NCBI GenBank assembly: GCA_913042265.1
Contig: CAJWKF010000001.1
Coordinates: 1,432 to 65,431 of the forward strand
DNA length: 64,000 nt
Reading direction: 5' to 3'
Source of the DNA: an uncultured Gammaproteobacteria bacterium
GTDB lineage: Bacteria > Pseudomonadota > Gammaproteobacteria > Nitrosococcales > Methylophagaceae
Shown piece by piece: positions 10,172 through 22,954 of this stretch (positions are counted from its first letter, which is position 1; each line of letters starts with the position of its first letter). The position numbers were made by a program, and so were the translations under genes. The notes under the pieces were generated by a model, which saw only the letters and a list, made by a program, of their open reading frames with translations, was not told where the DNA came from and did not search any database.

Positions 10172-10681
10172 ATGTTATTTAACATACAGTTATTTATGGA
10201 AAGCGGTGGCTCAGTGCTGTGGTTAATACTATTCGCCTCTATTCTAATGTGGACTTTGATTGTTGAACGTTATTTATATGTTTATTGGGTGCATCCGCAA
10301 TCGTTAACGATATTGTTATCGGAATGGCAGCAACGTACAGAAAGGCGAAGTTGGGCTGCGCAACAAATTCGAGTAGGAATGATTGCAAAATCTCGTGCTT
10401 CGCTAAAACGTTATTTAATGTTTATTAGAACATTGACTGGTGCTTTACCAATGTTGGGTTTATTGGGAACGGTAGATGGCATGATCCAGACTTTTGATGT
10501 GCTATCTGTCTTTGGCACAGGTAACGCACGGGGAATGGCAGGTGGTATTTCAGTGGCATTAATCACTACAATGGCAGGCTTAGTAACTGCACTTTCAGGA
10601 CTATATTTTAGTACTGAATTAGAGTCGCGGATGTCGCTAGAAGTTGAAAATGTTGCAGACAAACTAAGGCAGGATGACTGA
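10172..10681 (+). CDS. exbB: ExbB/TolQ-family proton channel
   Basis: LGLLGTVDGMIQTF and ISVALITTMAGL motifs. Size 169 aa. Confidence 0.85.
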   Translation: MLFNIQLFMESGGSVLWLILFASILMWTLIVERYLYVYWVHPQSLTILLSEWQQRTERRSWAAQQIRVGMIAKSRASLKRYLMFIRTLTGALPMLGLLGTVDGMIQTFDVLSVFGTGNARGMAGGISVALITTMAGLVTALSGLYFSTELESRMSLEVENVADKLRQDD

Positions 10682-10700
10682 CATGATGGAGGTGTAGGTA

Positions 10701-11108
10701 ATGAGGAATAAACATTCTAGGCGTGAAAGTGGCAGTGTGGCAGAAATAAATATGACTCCATTAATTGATATGGTTTTTATATTGCTGATTTTTTTTATTG
10801 TCACAACTTCTTTCGTAAATGAAACAGGAGTGGATGTTAATCGACCTTCTGCTGAAACGGCGGTGAACAAAGAATTAGCAAATATTATGGTGGCTATCAC
10901 TTCTAGTGGTGAAATAAACATTAGTGGCCGAGTAGTTGACCGCCGTGCGGTGCGTGCAAATATTGAACGATTACATGCAGAAAACCCAGAAGGTTCTGTA
11001 ATCATCATAGCTGACAAAGATGCGAAAACGGGCCTGTTAATTGAAGTGATGGATCAGGCAAGATTAGCTGGAATAGCTAACGTTTCAATTGCTGCAGAGC
11101 AGGATTAA
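10701..11108 (+). CDS. exbD: ExbD/TolR biopolymer transport protein
   Basis: INMTPLIDMVFILLIFFIV TM segment followed by an ExbD periplasmic domain. Size 135 aa. Confidence 0.9.
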   Translation: MRNKHSRRESGSVAEINMTPLIDMVFILLIFFIVTTSFVNETGVDVNRPSAETAVNKELANIMVAITSSGEINISGRVVDRRAVRANIERLHAENPEGSVIIIADKDAKTGLLIEVMDQARLAGIANVSIAAEQD

Positions 11109-11118
11109 TCAAGTTAGT

Positions 11119-11760
11119 ATGCGCTTGGGGTTTGGATTACTATTTGCTATTTTAGTGAACTTAGGATTGTTCACAATTATGCAGGCAATGACATCAAGCA
11201 ACAATTTTCAACATGACACGACAGGGGAAAAGCATTTGTTAGATTTTGTCAGGGTTAAAAAAGGGACAACTACGGAAACAAGAAATCGCCAACTACCTGA
11301 TAAGTTAGTACCACCCGAAAACATGCCAGTCTTGACACAGGTAACTCCGCAAATAAAGCAGCTCAAAGCCTTAGTACCAAAAATGGCCATACCCAATATC
11401 AAGGTGCCGCTTAATATTGCTGGCGGCCCTCACCTTGGTGAATTTTTAGCTGCACCAGTTACCCCCTTTATGACTTCCATTTCAGGTTATGCATTAGTAG
11501 CACCTTTGGTCCGAATTCCACCTCGATACCCACGCTCTGCTGCCCGTCGAAACATAGAAGGTGTTGTAAGGGTAGCTTTTACAATTACTAAAGACGGTCG
11601 TGTTTTCAATCCAAAAGTGTTGAGTGCTTCTCCTGTGGGTGTATTTGAAAAAGCAGCGCTAAAAGCAGTAAAAAAATGGAAATTCAACCCTAAAATTATT
11701 AATGGGCAAGCCGTAGAGCAATCTGCAGCCCAAGAAATTACTTTTAAGTTGTCCAAATAA
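11119..11760 (+). CDS. tonB: TonB-family energy transducer
   Basis: N-terminal TM helix, Pro-rich linker and C-terminal TonB domain (PPRYPRSAARRNIEGVVRVAFTITKDGRV). ATG 11119 is preferred to the TTG at 11089. Confidence 0.8.
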   Translation: MRLGFGLLFAILVNLGLFTIMQAMTSSNNFQHDTTGEKHLLDFVRVKKGTTTETRNRQLPDKLVPPENMPVLTQVTPQIKQLKALVPKMAIPNIKVPLNIAGGPHLGEFLAAPVTPFMTSISGYALVAPLVRIPPRYPRSAARRNIEGVVRVAFTITKDGRVFNPKVLSASPVGVFEKAALKAVKKWKFNPKIINGQAVEQSAAQEITFKLSK

Positions 11761-11762
11761 TA

Positions 11763-12992
11763 ATGTCTAATTGGCAAAGTATTACTTTATTGACCTTGCT
11801 GATGTTCTTTAATACGCTAACAATGGCAAAAAGCAGCAACCAATACTCACTTACTAATGAGACTTATAAGGCCTTAGTTAGTGCGCAAGAACTGATGTCT
11901 AAAGAGAAATATTCCAGAGCAGAAGTAGAATTACTAGCGCTACTTAATAAGACGAATGCTGGGTCTTATGACGAAGCTATGGTTCAACAAATGCTTGGCT
12001 ATGCTTATTCTTCTCAAGAGCGATATCAAAAAGCAATAACAGAGTTTGAACAAGCCTTATCCTTAATAGTTTTGCCTGAAGTAGTGAGTCATGCCCTTCG
12101 CTATAATTTAGGACAATTATTACTAATTGAGGAGGAACACAATAAGGGGGTTGAAATGCTTGAACAGTGGTTTGAAGTCGAGCCTTCACCTTCAAATGAT
12201 GCGCATGCTCTAATTGCAAGTGGCTACTACTCACTTAATAATTTCAAGCAAACAGTAATGCATATGAAGATTGCCATTCGCAATAAAGAGTTGGCACCTG
12301 AAAACTGGTATCAATTGCTATTAGCTGCACATATAGAATTAAAGCAGTATTCTGCTGGTATTGAGTTAGTGGAGCTGATGATTGTACGTTACCCTCACAA
12401 AGATCCATATTGGCAACAATTAGCCTTCTTATACGCACAGCAGAATAAGGAGGTGTCGGCCTTAGCTGCCCAGGTGTTGGCAGATCGTCTAGAATTGAGT
12501 GATGGTGAAGTTTTACTTCGTGTTGCGTCACTCTACAGGTATCTAGATATACCCTATAAATCAGCGCAGTTGTTAGAGACTGGGCTGCAAAAAAGTGTTG
12601 TTATTGATAATCAGAGGAACCTTAGTTTTTTAGCTAATAGTTGGTTGGCAGCAAGAGAAAGGGAAAAGGCTGTAACAGTTTTAAAACGTTTGGCTGAAAA
12701 GGATTCTTCTGGTGAGTCAGATTTGAAATATGGTAGGGTGTTATTTGATTTGGAGCAATGGCAAGCTTCGAGTGAAGCCTTTGATAAGAGCCTTCAAAAG
12801 TTGAAGGGGACTGAGCGGGGTACGGCTATTTTGATGGCAGGGCTGGCACAGTTTCAACTGGGCCAATTGAAGCAAGCACACTTTTATTTAAATAAAGCAA
12901 AAGATTATAAAAGTGAAGAAAAACAAGCGCTACACTGGTTGAATTATCTTGAGCTGCTAATAGAAAGTAAAAGTGTTGCACAAAGATTGTGA
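11763..12992 (+). CDS. TPR-repeat protein ending the TonB2-type cluster (position equivalent to ttpD)
   Basis: Signal peptide and multiple TPR-like repeats. It starts 2 nt after the tonB stop. Confidence 0.6.
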   Translation: MSNWQSITLLTLLMFFNTLTMAKSSNQYSLTNETYKALVSAQELMSKEKYSRAEVELLALLNKTNAGSYDEAMVQQMLGYAYSSQERYQKAITEFEQALSLIVLPEVVSHALRYNLGQLLLIEEEHNKGVEMLEQWFEVEPSPSNDAHALIASGYYSLNNFKQTVMHMKIAIRNKELAPENWYQLLLAAHIELKQYSAGIELVELMIVRYPHKDPYWQQLAFLYAQQNKEVSALAAQVLADRLELSDGEVLLRVASLYRYLDIPYKSAQLLETGLQKSVVIDNQRNLSFLANSWLAAREREKAVTVLKRLAEKDSSGESDLKYGRVLFDLEQWQASSEAFDKSLQKLKGTERGTAILMAGLAQFQLGQLKQAHFYLNKAKDYKSEEKQALHWLNYLELLIESKSVAQRL

Positions 12993-13083
12993 AGTTAATT
13001 AATTGTAAAATTTTTTGTTATTCAACGTTTTAATTAGGTAGGCTTGTGCCTCACCTATTCGGGAACCGAGTAAGGATAGTTTA

Positions 13084-15252
13084 ATGTCATCGACACAGTC
13101 TCTAAGAGAATCATTGCCCACTAGTCATGAGTTGGAGCGGGAAGAAATAGCTGCATACAACAGAACCCCCTTGCTCTCAGGTGACAATGTTGAATCTAAG
13201 CGAGAAGAAATAGCTACTTATTTTAATAAGACATGGCAGCGCTATAATGCGCTATTTGAGCTGCTAATAGATGATAGAGCTTATTATCAAAAATCGATTT
13301 CACTTCGTCACCCTTTAATTTTTTATTTTGGCCATACAGCAACATTTTTTGTTAATAAACTGGTGCTTGCCGGATTGCTAGAACATCGTGTTAATTCTCA
13401 GTTTGAATCTATGTTTGCTATCGGTGTCGATGAAATGAGCTGGGATGACTTAGATGAGGCGCATTACGACTGGCCTACTGTCGAAGAAGTTAAGACTTAT
13501 CGAGCTCAGGTCTGCGAAGCGATTAATCGATTAATTAAAATGACACCGCTGGCATTACCTATTAACTGGGAAAACCCCTGGTGGACTATCATGATGGGGA
13601 TTGAACATGAGCATATCCATCTTGAAACATCATCCGTTTTAATTCGCCAGCAAAATATTGATTGGGTAAGTCCACACAGAGATTGGGCACCTTGTGATGT
13701 CACAGGTGAAGCCCCTGTAAATAGTTTTGTTGATATTCCTTCTGGTGAGGTGCTAGTTGGTAAAAGTGATGACGCAGACTATTACGGTTGGGATAATGAA
13801 TATGGGAGTCACAAAGCACTAGTTAAAGGCTTCAAAGCGGGGCGATACTTGGTAAGTAATCATGAGTTTTTCGAGTTTGTAGAAGCTGGTGGTTATGAAG
13901 ACGAGAGTTTCTGGGTCGCAGAAGGATTAGAATGGCTTCAATATACTAAGGCAACTCATCCTAGCTTTTGGGTGAGTGATGAACAAGGCTGGCAGCTGAG
14001 GCTAATGGCTGAGGTGGTGCCAATGCCATGGGATTGGCCTGCAGATGTTAATTATCACGAGTCAAAGGCTTTTTGTAATTGGCTGGCAAAAAAGAGTGGT
14101 GAACAGGTCCGATTACCTACTGAAGATGAATGGTATCGATTATATGATTTCTCGGGAGTTAAGGAGCTTGAGCAAGGCATAATTGCTAATGCGAATTTGC
14201 ATTTAGATCATTCAGCATCTTCTTGTCCTGTTAATCGGCATGCCCATGGCAGTTTATATGATGTTGTTGGTAATGTCTGGCAGTGGACTGAAACGGCAAT
14301 TTATCCCTTAGACAAATTTAAAGTGCATCCACTTTATGATGACTTTACGATGCCAACATTTGATGGCCGCCATAATTTATTCAAAGGGGGCTCTTGGGTC
14401 TCTTGTGGTAATGAGACCCTTAGAACTGCACGTTATGCCTTTAGAAAACATTTTTTTCAGCATGCGGGATTCCGTTATGTGATTGCAGAGGAGTTAGAAG
14501 AGCAAGTGAGTTCAAATTACGAGACAGATAAGATGTCATCAGAATATGCTGAGTTCCATTTTGGAGAGCGTTATCTTGATGTTGATAATTTCCCGGTAGC
14601 GCTGGCAGAATTAGGTATCGCTGCAATGGGTGACCAACCTATGGGCAAAGCCCTAGATATCGGTTGTGCCGTCGGTCGTTCAAGTTTCGAGTTGGCGAAG
14701 CAATTTGATCATGTGACCGCGATTGATTTTTCCGCCAGATTAATCAATATAGGAGTGCAATTACAGCAACAGGGTGTTATTCGATACAGTATAGTGGATG
14801 AAGGTGAGTTAGCTCTCTACAAAGAACGTCGTTTAACTGACTTTACTGATGAAATTTCAGCAAAAAAAGTTGAGTTCATGCAGGGTGATGCTTGTAATTT
14901 GAAGTCCATATATCAAGGCTACGATCTAGTGTTGGCTGCTAACTTGATAGATCGGTTATATCAGCCATCATTATTTTTGAAGACGATTCAAGAGCGAATG
15001 AATTCAGGTGGTATTTTAATGATTACCTCACCTTATACTTGGCTTGAAGAACACACCAATAAGGACGAGTGGGTTGGTGGGCATAAGGTGAACGGAGAGA
15101 ATGTAAGTACTCTTGATGGCTTGAAAGAAATGTTGGCGCCTCACTTTGATTTAGTACAAGGGCCAATTGCGGTGCCGTTTGTGATCCGCGAAACTAGCCG
15201 TAAATTCCAACACACGTTGGCCGAAGCTACTATGTGGCGTTATCGCGGATGA
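13084..15252 (+). CDS. ovoA: 5-histidylcysteine sulfoxide synthase / methyltransferase (ovothiol biosynthesis OvoA)
   Basis: Three-domain layout in 722 aa: a DinB-like N-terminus with the iron motif HEHIHLE (HxxxHxE), an FGE-sulfatase-like domain (GNVWQWTE), and a C-terminal SAM methyltransferase (LDIGCAVGRS). Confidence 0.88.
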   Translation: MSSTQSLRESLPTSHELEREEIAAYNRTPLLSGDNVESKREEIATYFNKTWQRYNALFELLIDDRAYYQKSISLRHPLIFYFGHTATFFVNKLVLAGLLEHRVNSQFESMFAIGVDEMSWDDLDEAHYDWPTVEEVKTYRAQVCEAINRLIKMTPLALPINWENPWWTIMMGIEHEHIHLETSSVLIRQQNIDWVSPHRDWAPCDVTGEAPVNSFVDIPSGEVLVGKSDDADYYGWDNEYGSHKALVKGFKAGRYLVSNHEFFEFVEAGGYEDESFWVAEGLEWLQYTKATHPSFWVSDEQGWQLRLMAEVVPMPWDWPADVNYHESKAFCNWLAKKSGEQVRLPTEDEWYRLYDFSGVKELEQGIIANANLHLDHSASSCPVNRHAHGSLYDVVGNVWQWTETAIYPLDKFKVHPLYDDFTMPTFDGRHNLFKGGSWVSCGNETLRTARYAFRKHFFQHAGFRYVIAEELEEQVSSNYETDKMSSEYAEFHFGERYLDVDNFPVALAELGIAAMGDQPMGKALDIGCAVGRSSFELAKQFDHVTAIDFSARLINIGVQLQQQGVIRYSIVDEGELALYKERRLTDFTDEISAKKVEFMQGDACNLKSIYQGYDLVLAANLIDRLYQPSLFLKTIQERMNSGGILMITSPYTWLEEHTNKDEWVGGHKVNGENVSTLDGLKEMLAPHFDLVQGPIAVPFVIRETSRKFQHTLAEATMWRYRG

Positions 15253-16412
15253 CATATGATTTTGACACGCCGGTTAGCCGTGAAGGCACGGCGAGTTTAA
15301 AATATGAAGGTCGAGAAACTTACTTTGGGACAAAGGATATAACGCCCGTGTGGGTTGCTGATATGGATTTCGCAGCACCTGCAGCGGTTACGAAGGCATT
15401 AGTTGCTCGTGCAGAGCATACTATTTATGGTTACACCGAGTATCCGGAAAGTATGTTCATATCAATGCAGGACTGGTTTAAAACTCGACACAATTGGGCA
15501 ATAGAGAAAGAAAGTATTGTGATGTGTCCTGGGGTAGTACCTTCTATTTATGCAGCGATCACAGCACTAACAGAGGTAGGGGATAAGGTGATTATTCAAC
15601 CGCCGGTTTACCAACCCTTTTTTACTGCAGTAAGTGATACCCGGAGGACTTTAGTTGAAAACCCACTCAGACTAGAAGGTAACAATTACCAGATGGACTT
15701 GGAGCATCTTGCTGAGTGCGCGGAAGCAGGGGCCAAATTTCTGGTACTGTGTTCACCCCATAATCCTGTAGGTCGTGTTTGGAGGCAGTCAGAACTCGAA
15801 GGTTTATTGGAAGTGGCTCGACGTTATGATTTGACTATTATTTCGGATGAAATTCATGCTGATTTGATTTTTCCTGATCAGAAGCACATTGCTATAGCAA
15901 CATTGGCTGATGATGTCTCAATTATAACAACCGTATCACCAAGTAAGACTTTCAATATTCCGGGCCTTGGTTTGTCAGCTATGGTTATAAATGACAAGGC
16001 TCAACGTAGAGCAATAAAACAAGTATTTAGCCAATGGCATGTCAGTAACATGAACCCATTTAGTATTTGTGGTTTTGAAGCAGCCTATCAGCATGGTGAG
16101 GAGTGGTTGAACGATTTGATGCTCTACCTAAAAATAACAAGAGATGCGGTTAAAGTTTATATAGAAGAATCATTGCTGGATATCACTTTGGTCGAATCAG
16201 AAGGAACTTATTTACTGTGGCTTGACTGCAGGAAGATGGCAATGACAGATGTTGAATTACACTGTTTTTTTATTGAGCAAGCTAAGGTTGCAATGAGTCC
16301 AGGGACACTTTTTGGTAGTGCCGGTTCAGGTTTTATGCGATTGAATATTGCAGCACCAAGGTCACTTATTCTGATGGTTTTAAAAAGTATACGTTCAGCA
16401 TATATTTCATAG
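15249..16412 (+). CDS. ovoB: PatB/MalY-type PLP-dependent C-S lyase, likely ovothiol sulfoxide lyase OvoB
   Basis: Class I/II aminotransferase fold with the PLP-lysine motif SPSKTFNIPG. ATGA overlap with the ovoA stop (ATG 15249, TGA 15250-15252). Confidence 0.7.
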   Translation: MTYDFDTPVSREGTASLKYEGRETYFGTKDITPVWVADMDFAAPAAVTKALVARAEHTIYGYTEYPESMFISMQDWFKTRHNWAIEKESIVMCPGVVPSIYAAITALTEVGDKVIIQPPVYQPFFTAVSDTRRTLVENPLRLEGNNYQMDLEHLAECAEAGAKFLVLCSPHNPVGRVWRQSELEGLLEVARRYDLTIISDEIHADLIFPDQKHIAIATLADDVSIITTVSPSKTFNIPGLGLSAMVINDKAQRRAIKQVFSQWHVSNMNPFSICGFEAAYQHGEEWLNDLMLYLKITRDAVKVYIEESLLDITLVESEGTYLLWLDCRKMAMTDVELHCFFIEQAKVAMSPGTLFGSAGSGFMRLNIAAPRSLILMVLKSIRSAYIS

Positions 16413-16569
16413 CGTCGGGAAGCTAATTTAGAGTATTGATGACTTTGCGCAAACATTTTAAATTGACCTTGATCAAGATGGAGGTTATGGCTTGAGATTA
16501 ATTAAGTCTCTAATTGTATTGTGCAGTAGCCTTTTATCCTGCTACTCTCTTTTGCACAGAAACAATTAA

Positions 16570-18471
<1,902 letters not shown>

Positions 18472-18496
18472 TTTTCAATAAAGAGATGATTGGGCA

Positions 18497-20737
18497 ATGA
18501 GTTCATTAGTTGATGATTTAGAGCAACTACCGGTAAGAGATTTTACTGAGAAAGCATATTTGGATTATTCCATGTATGTGATTTTAGACCGTGCCTTGCC
18601 GCATGTTGGTGATGGCTTGAAACCTGTTCAACGCCGTATCATATATGCGATGTCAGAATTGGGCCTCAGTGCATTATCAAAGCATAAAAAGTCAGCACGT
18701 ACAGTCGGTGATGTATTGGGTAAGTATCATCCTCATGGGGACTCGGCCTGTTACGAAGCAATGGTACTAATGGCGCAGCCGTTCTCTTACCGTTATCCAC
18801 TCGTCGATGGCCAGGGTAACTGGGGTTCAATGGATGACCCTAAATCTTTTGCCGCTATGCGATACACAGAGTCACGTTTAGCGCCATATGCACAATCACT
18901 ATTAACTGAATTAGGGCAAGGCACTGTTGATTGGGTACCAAACTTTGATGGCACGATGAATGAGCCTCAGTTACTGCCTGCCCGACTGCCTAATGTCTTA
19001 CTTAATGGAGGGAGTGGGATTGCGGTCGGTATGGCTACAGATGTTCCTCCCCATAATTTACGTGAAGTTGTCGAAGCCTGTTTGTTATTGTTGAAAAAGC
19101 CCTCAACAAAACTAGAAAAGTTGCTTGAAGTCATTAAAGCTCCGGATTTCCCAACAGGCGGGGAAATAATCTCATCAGCAGAAGACTTGCACAAAATTTA
19201 TGCAACAGGACATGGCTCTGTGCGACAGCGGGGAAAGTATCTCGTCGAAGATGGTGAGTTGATTATCAATGCGCTGCCTTATCAGGTCTCAGGTGCGAAA
19301 GTGATTGAGCAAATTGCCAATCAAATGCAAAACAAAAAACTACCAATGGTGGCTGATTTACGTGATGAATCTGACCATGAGAACCCAGTTAGATTAGTCG
19401 TGGTGCCACGTTCAAATCGTATTGATATTGATAATCTTATGTTGCACTTGTTTGCTACCACGGATCTAGAGCGTAGTTACCGCGTTAACATGAACATGAT
19501 TGGCTTAGATGGTCGTCCTCAAGTTAAAAATCTACGTGATATGTTGCTCGAGTGGCTTACATATCGGACTGAAACTGTACGTCGACGTCTACAGTATCGA
19601 TTGGATAAAATACTAGATAGGATCCATGTACTCGAAGGTTTATTAATTGCTTATCTAAATATAGATGAAGTAATAGCCATTATTCGAACAGAAGACGAAG
19701 CAAAGTCAATGTTAATGGCCAGATTTTTAATCACTGATCGTCAAGCAGAATCAATTCTAGAATTAAAGTTACGTCATTTAGCCAAACTTGAGGAAATGAA
19801 GCTTCAGGGTGAACTGGATGCCTTGGCAAAAGAACGCAAGCAATTAGAATTGTTACTCAGTTCAGAAACCCGACTCAAAACCCTCATTCGTAAAGAATTG
19901 GAGGCAGACGCTAATAAATTCGGTGATGATCGTCGATCGATTCTTATAAACCGCGAAGCAGCAAAAGCAATGAGTGAAACAGATTTGTTGCCGACTGAAG
20001 CTATTACGATTGTCTTGTCAGAAAGTGGCTGGGTTAGAGCTGCGAAAGGCCATGATGTTGATCCGGCGTCGCTAAATTTCCGCACAGGTGATCGCTATGC
20101 AACTTCAGTAAAAGCACGCAGTAATCAACAAATTGTTTTTCTGGATTCAACAGGCCGAAGTTACTCCTTGCCAGCGCATACCTTACCGTCGGCACGCGGA
20201 CAAGGCGAGCCTTTGAGTGGTAGGTTACAAATGCCTCCTAACGCACGTTTCGTAGCAGTTTTGGCGGGTGAGTTGGAGCAACCATTATTACTATCTAACT
20301 CAGCAGGCTATGGATTTATTACCACTCTAGGTAATTTGTTGGCCAAAAATAAAGTTGGTAAAGCTTTATTCAACCTACCAGAAGGTGCTGAGGTATTGGA
20401 ACCTTCCTTACTTGGTGACCTTGCAACCTCTAAGTTAGCGGTTACTGCAGGTGATGGTCGACTATTAGTCTTTGCAGCGAGCGAAATTCCGAGTATGAAT
20501 AAAGGCAAGGGCGTTCGCTTAATTAATATTCCTCAAGCAGCCTTTGCAAGTAAAAGAGAATGGTTACATTCAGTGACTGAGGTACCCAAAGGGGAGAGCC
20601 TGACATTACATGCTGGTAGACGCCATTTGACATTAAAAGAAGGGGACTTAGCCCACTATACTGGCGAGAGAGGCAAACGAGGTCATAAGTTACCAAGAGG
20701 CTTACAGAAAGTGACTAAAGTGGAAGTTGCAGAGTAA
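18497..20737 (+). CDS. parC: DNA topoisomerase IV subunit A
   Basis: GyrA/ParC N-terminal motifs ([17 protein letters not shown] active-site Tyr). Size 746 aa with no GyrA-box-length C-terminus. Confidence 0.93.
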   Translation: MSSLVDDLEQLPVRDFTEKAYLDYSMYVILDRALPHVGDGLKPVQRRIIYAMSELGLSALSKHKKSARTVGDVLGKYHPHGDSACYEAMVLMAQPFSYRYPLVDGQGNWGSMDDPKSFAAMRYTESRLAPYAQSLLTELGQGTVDWVPNFDGTMNEPQLLPARLPNVLLNGGSGIAVGMATDVPPHNLREVVEACLLLLKKPSTKLEKLLEVIKAPDFPTGGEIISSAEDLHKIYATGHGSVRQRGKYLVEDGELIINALPYQVSGAKVIEQIANQMQNKKLPMVADLRDESDHENPVRLVVVPRSNRIDIDNLMLHLFATTDLERSYRVNMNMIGLDGRPQVKNLRDMLLEWLTYRTETVRRRLQYRLDKILDRIHVLEGLLIAYLNIDEVIAIIRTEDEAKSMLMARFLITDRQAESILELKLRHLAKLEEMKLQGELDALAKERKQLELLLSSETRLKTLIRKELEADANKFGDDRRSILINREAAKAMSETDLLPTEAITIVLSESGWVRAAKGHDVDPASLNFRTGDRYATSVKARSNQQIVFLDSTGRSYSLPAHTLPSARGQGEPLSGRLQMPPNARFVAVLAGELEQPLLLSNSAGYGFITTLGNLLAKNKVGKALFNLPEGAEVLEPSLLGDLATSKLAVTAGDGRLLVFAASEIPSMNKGKGVRLINIPQAAFASKREWLHSVTEVPKGESLTLHAGRRHLTLKEGDLAHYTGERGKRGHKLPRGLQKVTKVEVAE

Positions 20738-20806
20738 ATTCATCTAGTCTTTTATAGCTATCAGGGCATGCGTTATGCCTGAAATTAATGACCAATTGAG
20801 AGCAAA

Positions 20807-22489
20807 ATGAGCGAAATAACGGACATAAAGCCAAGCAATTTTATCCGGCATATTATTGATGCTGATATGACAGAAAATAAGTATGGTGGTCGCTTTCAAA
20901 CGCGTTTTCCGCCTGAACCCAATGGCTACTTACATATTGGTCACGCGAAATCCATTTGTTTGAATTTTGGTCTAGCTATGGACTACAAAGGTCTATGCAA
21001 CCTTCGCTTTGATGATACTAATCCTCAAAAAGAAGAAAACGAATTTGTTGATGCGATCAAGACAGATGTGAATTGGTTAGGTTTTGAATTCGAGAAAAAC
21101 TTGCATTATGCTTCGAGTTATTTTGAGCAATTGTATATTTATGCTACGCAACTCATTAAGCAAGGTGATGCCTATGTTTGTGATTTGTCTGCTGAAGAAA
21201 CACGTGAATATCGAGGGACACTAACTGATCCCGGTAAAAACAGCCCTTATCGAGAACGGTCAATTAAAGAGAATTTAGAATTATTCAAACGAATGCGTGA
21301 AGGTGATTTTGAAGATGGATCTCGACTGTTGAGAGCTAAGATTGATATGACCTCAGCGAATATCAATCTGCGTGATCCCGCTATTTATCGAATTAGACGT
21401 GATGTGGTACATCATCAGACAGGGACAGCTTGGTCAATTTATCCGATGTATGATTATGCTCATTGCTTATCCGATGCGATTGAAGGAGTGACACATTCGC
21501 TCTGTACCTTAGAATTTGAAGACCACAGGCCCTTGTATGATTGGTTTCTGCGCACCTTGAAAACAGAACATCATCCTAAACAAATTGAGTTTTCAAGGCT
21601 CAATTTACAATACACGATTACTAGTAAGCGTAAACTTACAAAAGTGGTGGAAGGAAATTTTGTTGATGGTTGGAATGACCCGAGAATGCCCACGATTACA
21701 GGCATGCGCCGACGGGGCTATCCGGCTGCAGCATTACGAGAGTTTTGTCTACGCATAGGAGTAACAAAAGCTGATAATTCTGTTGAAATGGATATTCTAG
21801 AAAGCTGTATTCGAGAAAATTTGAATGAAAATTCACCCCGAGCAATGGCTGTTCTGGATCCACTTAAAGTTGTTATAAGTAATTATCCAGAAGATAAAAC
21901 AGAACAGTTGACTGCACCGAATCACCCGCAAAATGAAAGTATGGGAACTCGCGAAGTTCCATTTAGTAAAACACTTTATATAGATAAGTCTGATTTCAGA
22001 GAAGAAGCCAATAATAAATTTAAACGCTTGGTTAAAGACAAAGAAGTGCGTCTGAGAAATGCATATGTTATTCGTTGTGATGAGGTAATAAAGGATGAGC
22101 ACGGGGAGGTTGTTGAACTCCGGTGTAGCTATGACCCTGCAACCTTAGGAGTCAATCCAGAAGATCGTAAAGTAAAAGGTGTGATCCACTGGGTATCAGC
22201 AAAACATGGTATACCCGCTGAAATCAGAGTATTTGATCGTTTATTTAGTCATCCACACCCAGATACAGATAAAGATGTCGATGACTTCACTGCGCATTTG
22301 AACCCCGATTCTTTGATGACACTGACTCATAGTATTGTTGAGCCAAGTGTGGCCAAGGCTGCAAGCAACTTTGTCTACCAATTTGAGCGAGAAGGCTATT
22401 TTTGTGCAGATAGCGAGTTGAGTTCAGCTGGGAATTTAGTGTTTAATCGGACGATTACTCTACGTGATACGTGGGTTAAAAAAAGTTAG
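20807..22489 (+). CDS. glnS: glutamine--tRNA ligase
   Basis: HIGH motif (LHIGHAKS) and a KMSKS-like motif (ITSKRKL). Size 560 aa. Confidence 0.97.
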   Translation: MSEITDIKPSNFIRHIIDADMTENKYGGRFQTRFPPEPNGYLHIGHAKSICLNFGLAMDYKGLCNLRFDDTNPQKEENEFVDAIKTDVNWLGFEFEKNLHYASSYFEQLYIYATQLIKQGDAYVCDLSAEETREYRGTLTDPGKNSPYRERSIKENLELFKRMREGDFEDGSRLLRAKIDMTSANINLRDPAIYRIRRDVVHHQTGTAWSIYPMYDYAHCLSDAIEGVTHSLCTLEFEDHRPLYDWFLRTLKTEHHPKQIEFSRLNLQYTITSKRKLTKVVEGNFVDGWNDPRMPTITGMRRRGYPAAALREFCLRIGVTKADNSVEMDILESCIRENLNENSPRAMAVLDPLKVVISNYPEDKTEQLTAPNHPQNESMGTREVPFSKTLYIDKSDFREEANNKFKRLVKDKEVRLRNAYVIRCDEVIKDEHGEVVELRCSYDPATLGVNPEDRKVKGVIHWVSAKHGIPAEIRVFDRLFSHPHPDTDKDVDDFTAHLNPDSLMTLTHSIVEPSVAKAASNFVYQFEREGYFCADSELSSAGNLVFNRTITLRDTWVKKS

Positions 22490-22954
22490 GAGCTTTACTT
22501 TACAGTTAATGTTCATTTAGGAAGTATTACCTGACTATTCAAAATAAAGTGCAGCGCTCTTAAGGTGGGTATTAATATGCGCAAAAAGATGGACAAAAAT
22601 GAAAATTATGTAGAATAATTAATCATTTATAGTTGAGACAGTTAGGTTTTGTATGACTTGTTTTGAGCTGAAAGGCTCTGATGATAAAGTAATAGATCTG
22701 ATATTAAGAAGCTCCCATTTTGATTTAAAATAGAATAATATCAAAAGCATGAAATACTTCACTCTGTATTTATTTAATCTAATATGAATCATTTTGCATT
22801 CATAGCGTCTAAGTGGTTGAAGTTGTTTTTCAAATCAGTGTTTACGGCTTGTTTTGTGTGCTGACTTCACAACATTGTGAACCCATGGTATTTTTTCAAG
22901 GATAATTCAGAATAATTTAGTCCGTAAGGCACTAGATTTAGAGGAAGTTGATTC

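Noticed and set aside
22577-22618. 13-codon ORF with a good SD in the FDH leader, considered as a standalone small-protein gene feature.
   Set aside because: It is too short to support from sequence alone. It is kept only as a remark inside the leader finding, not as a feature.
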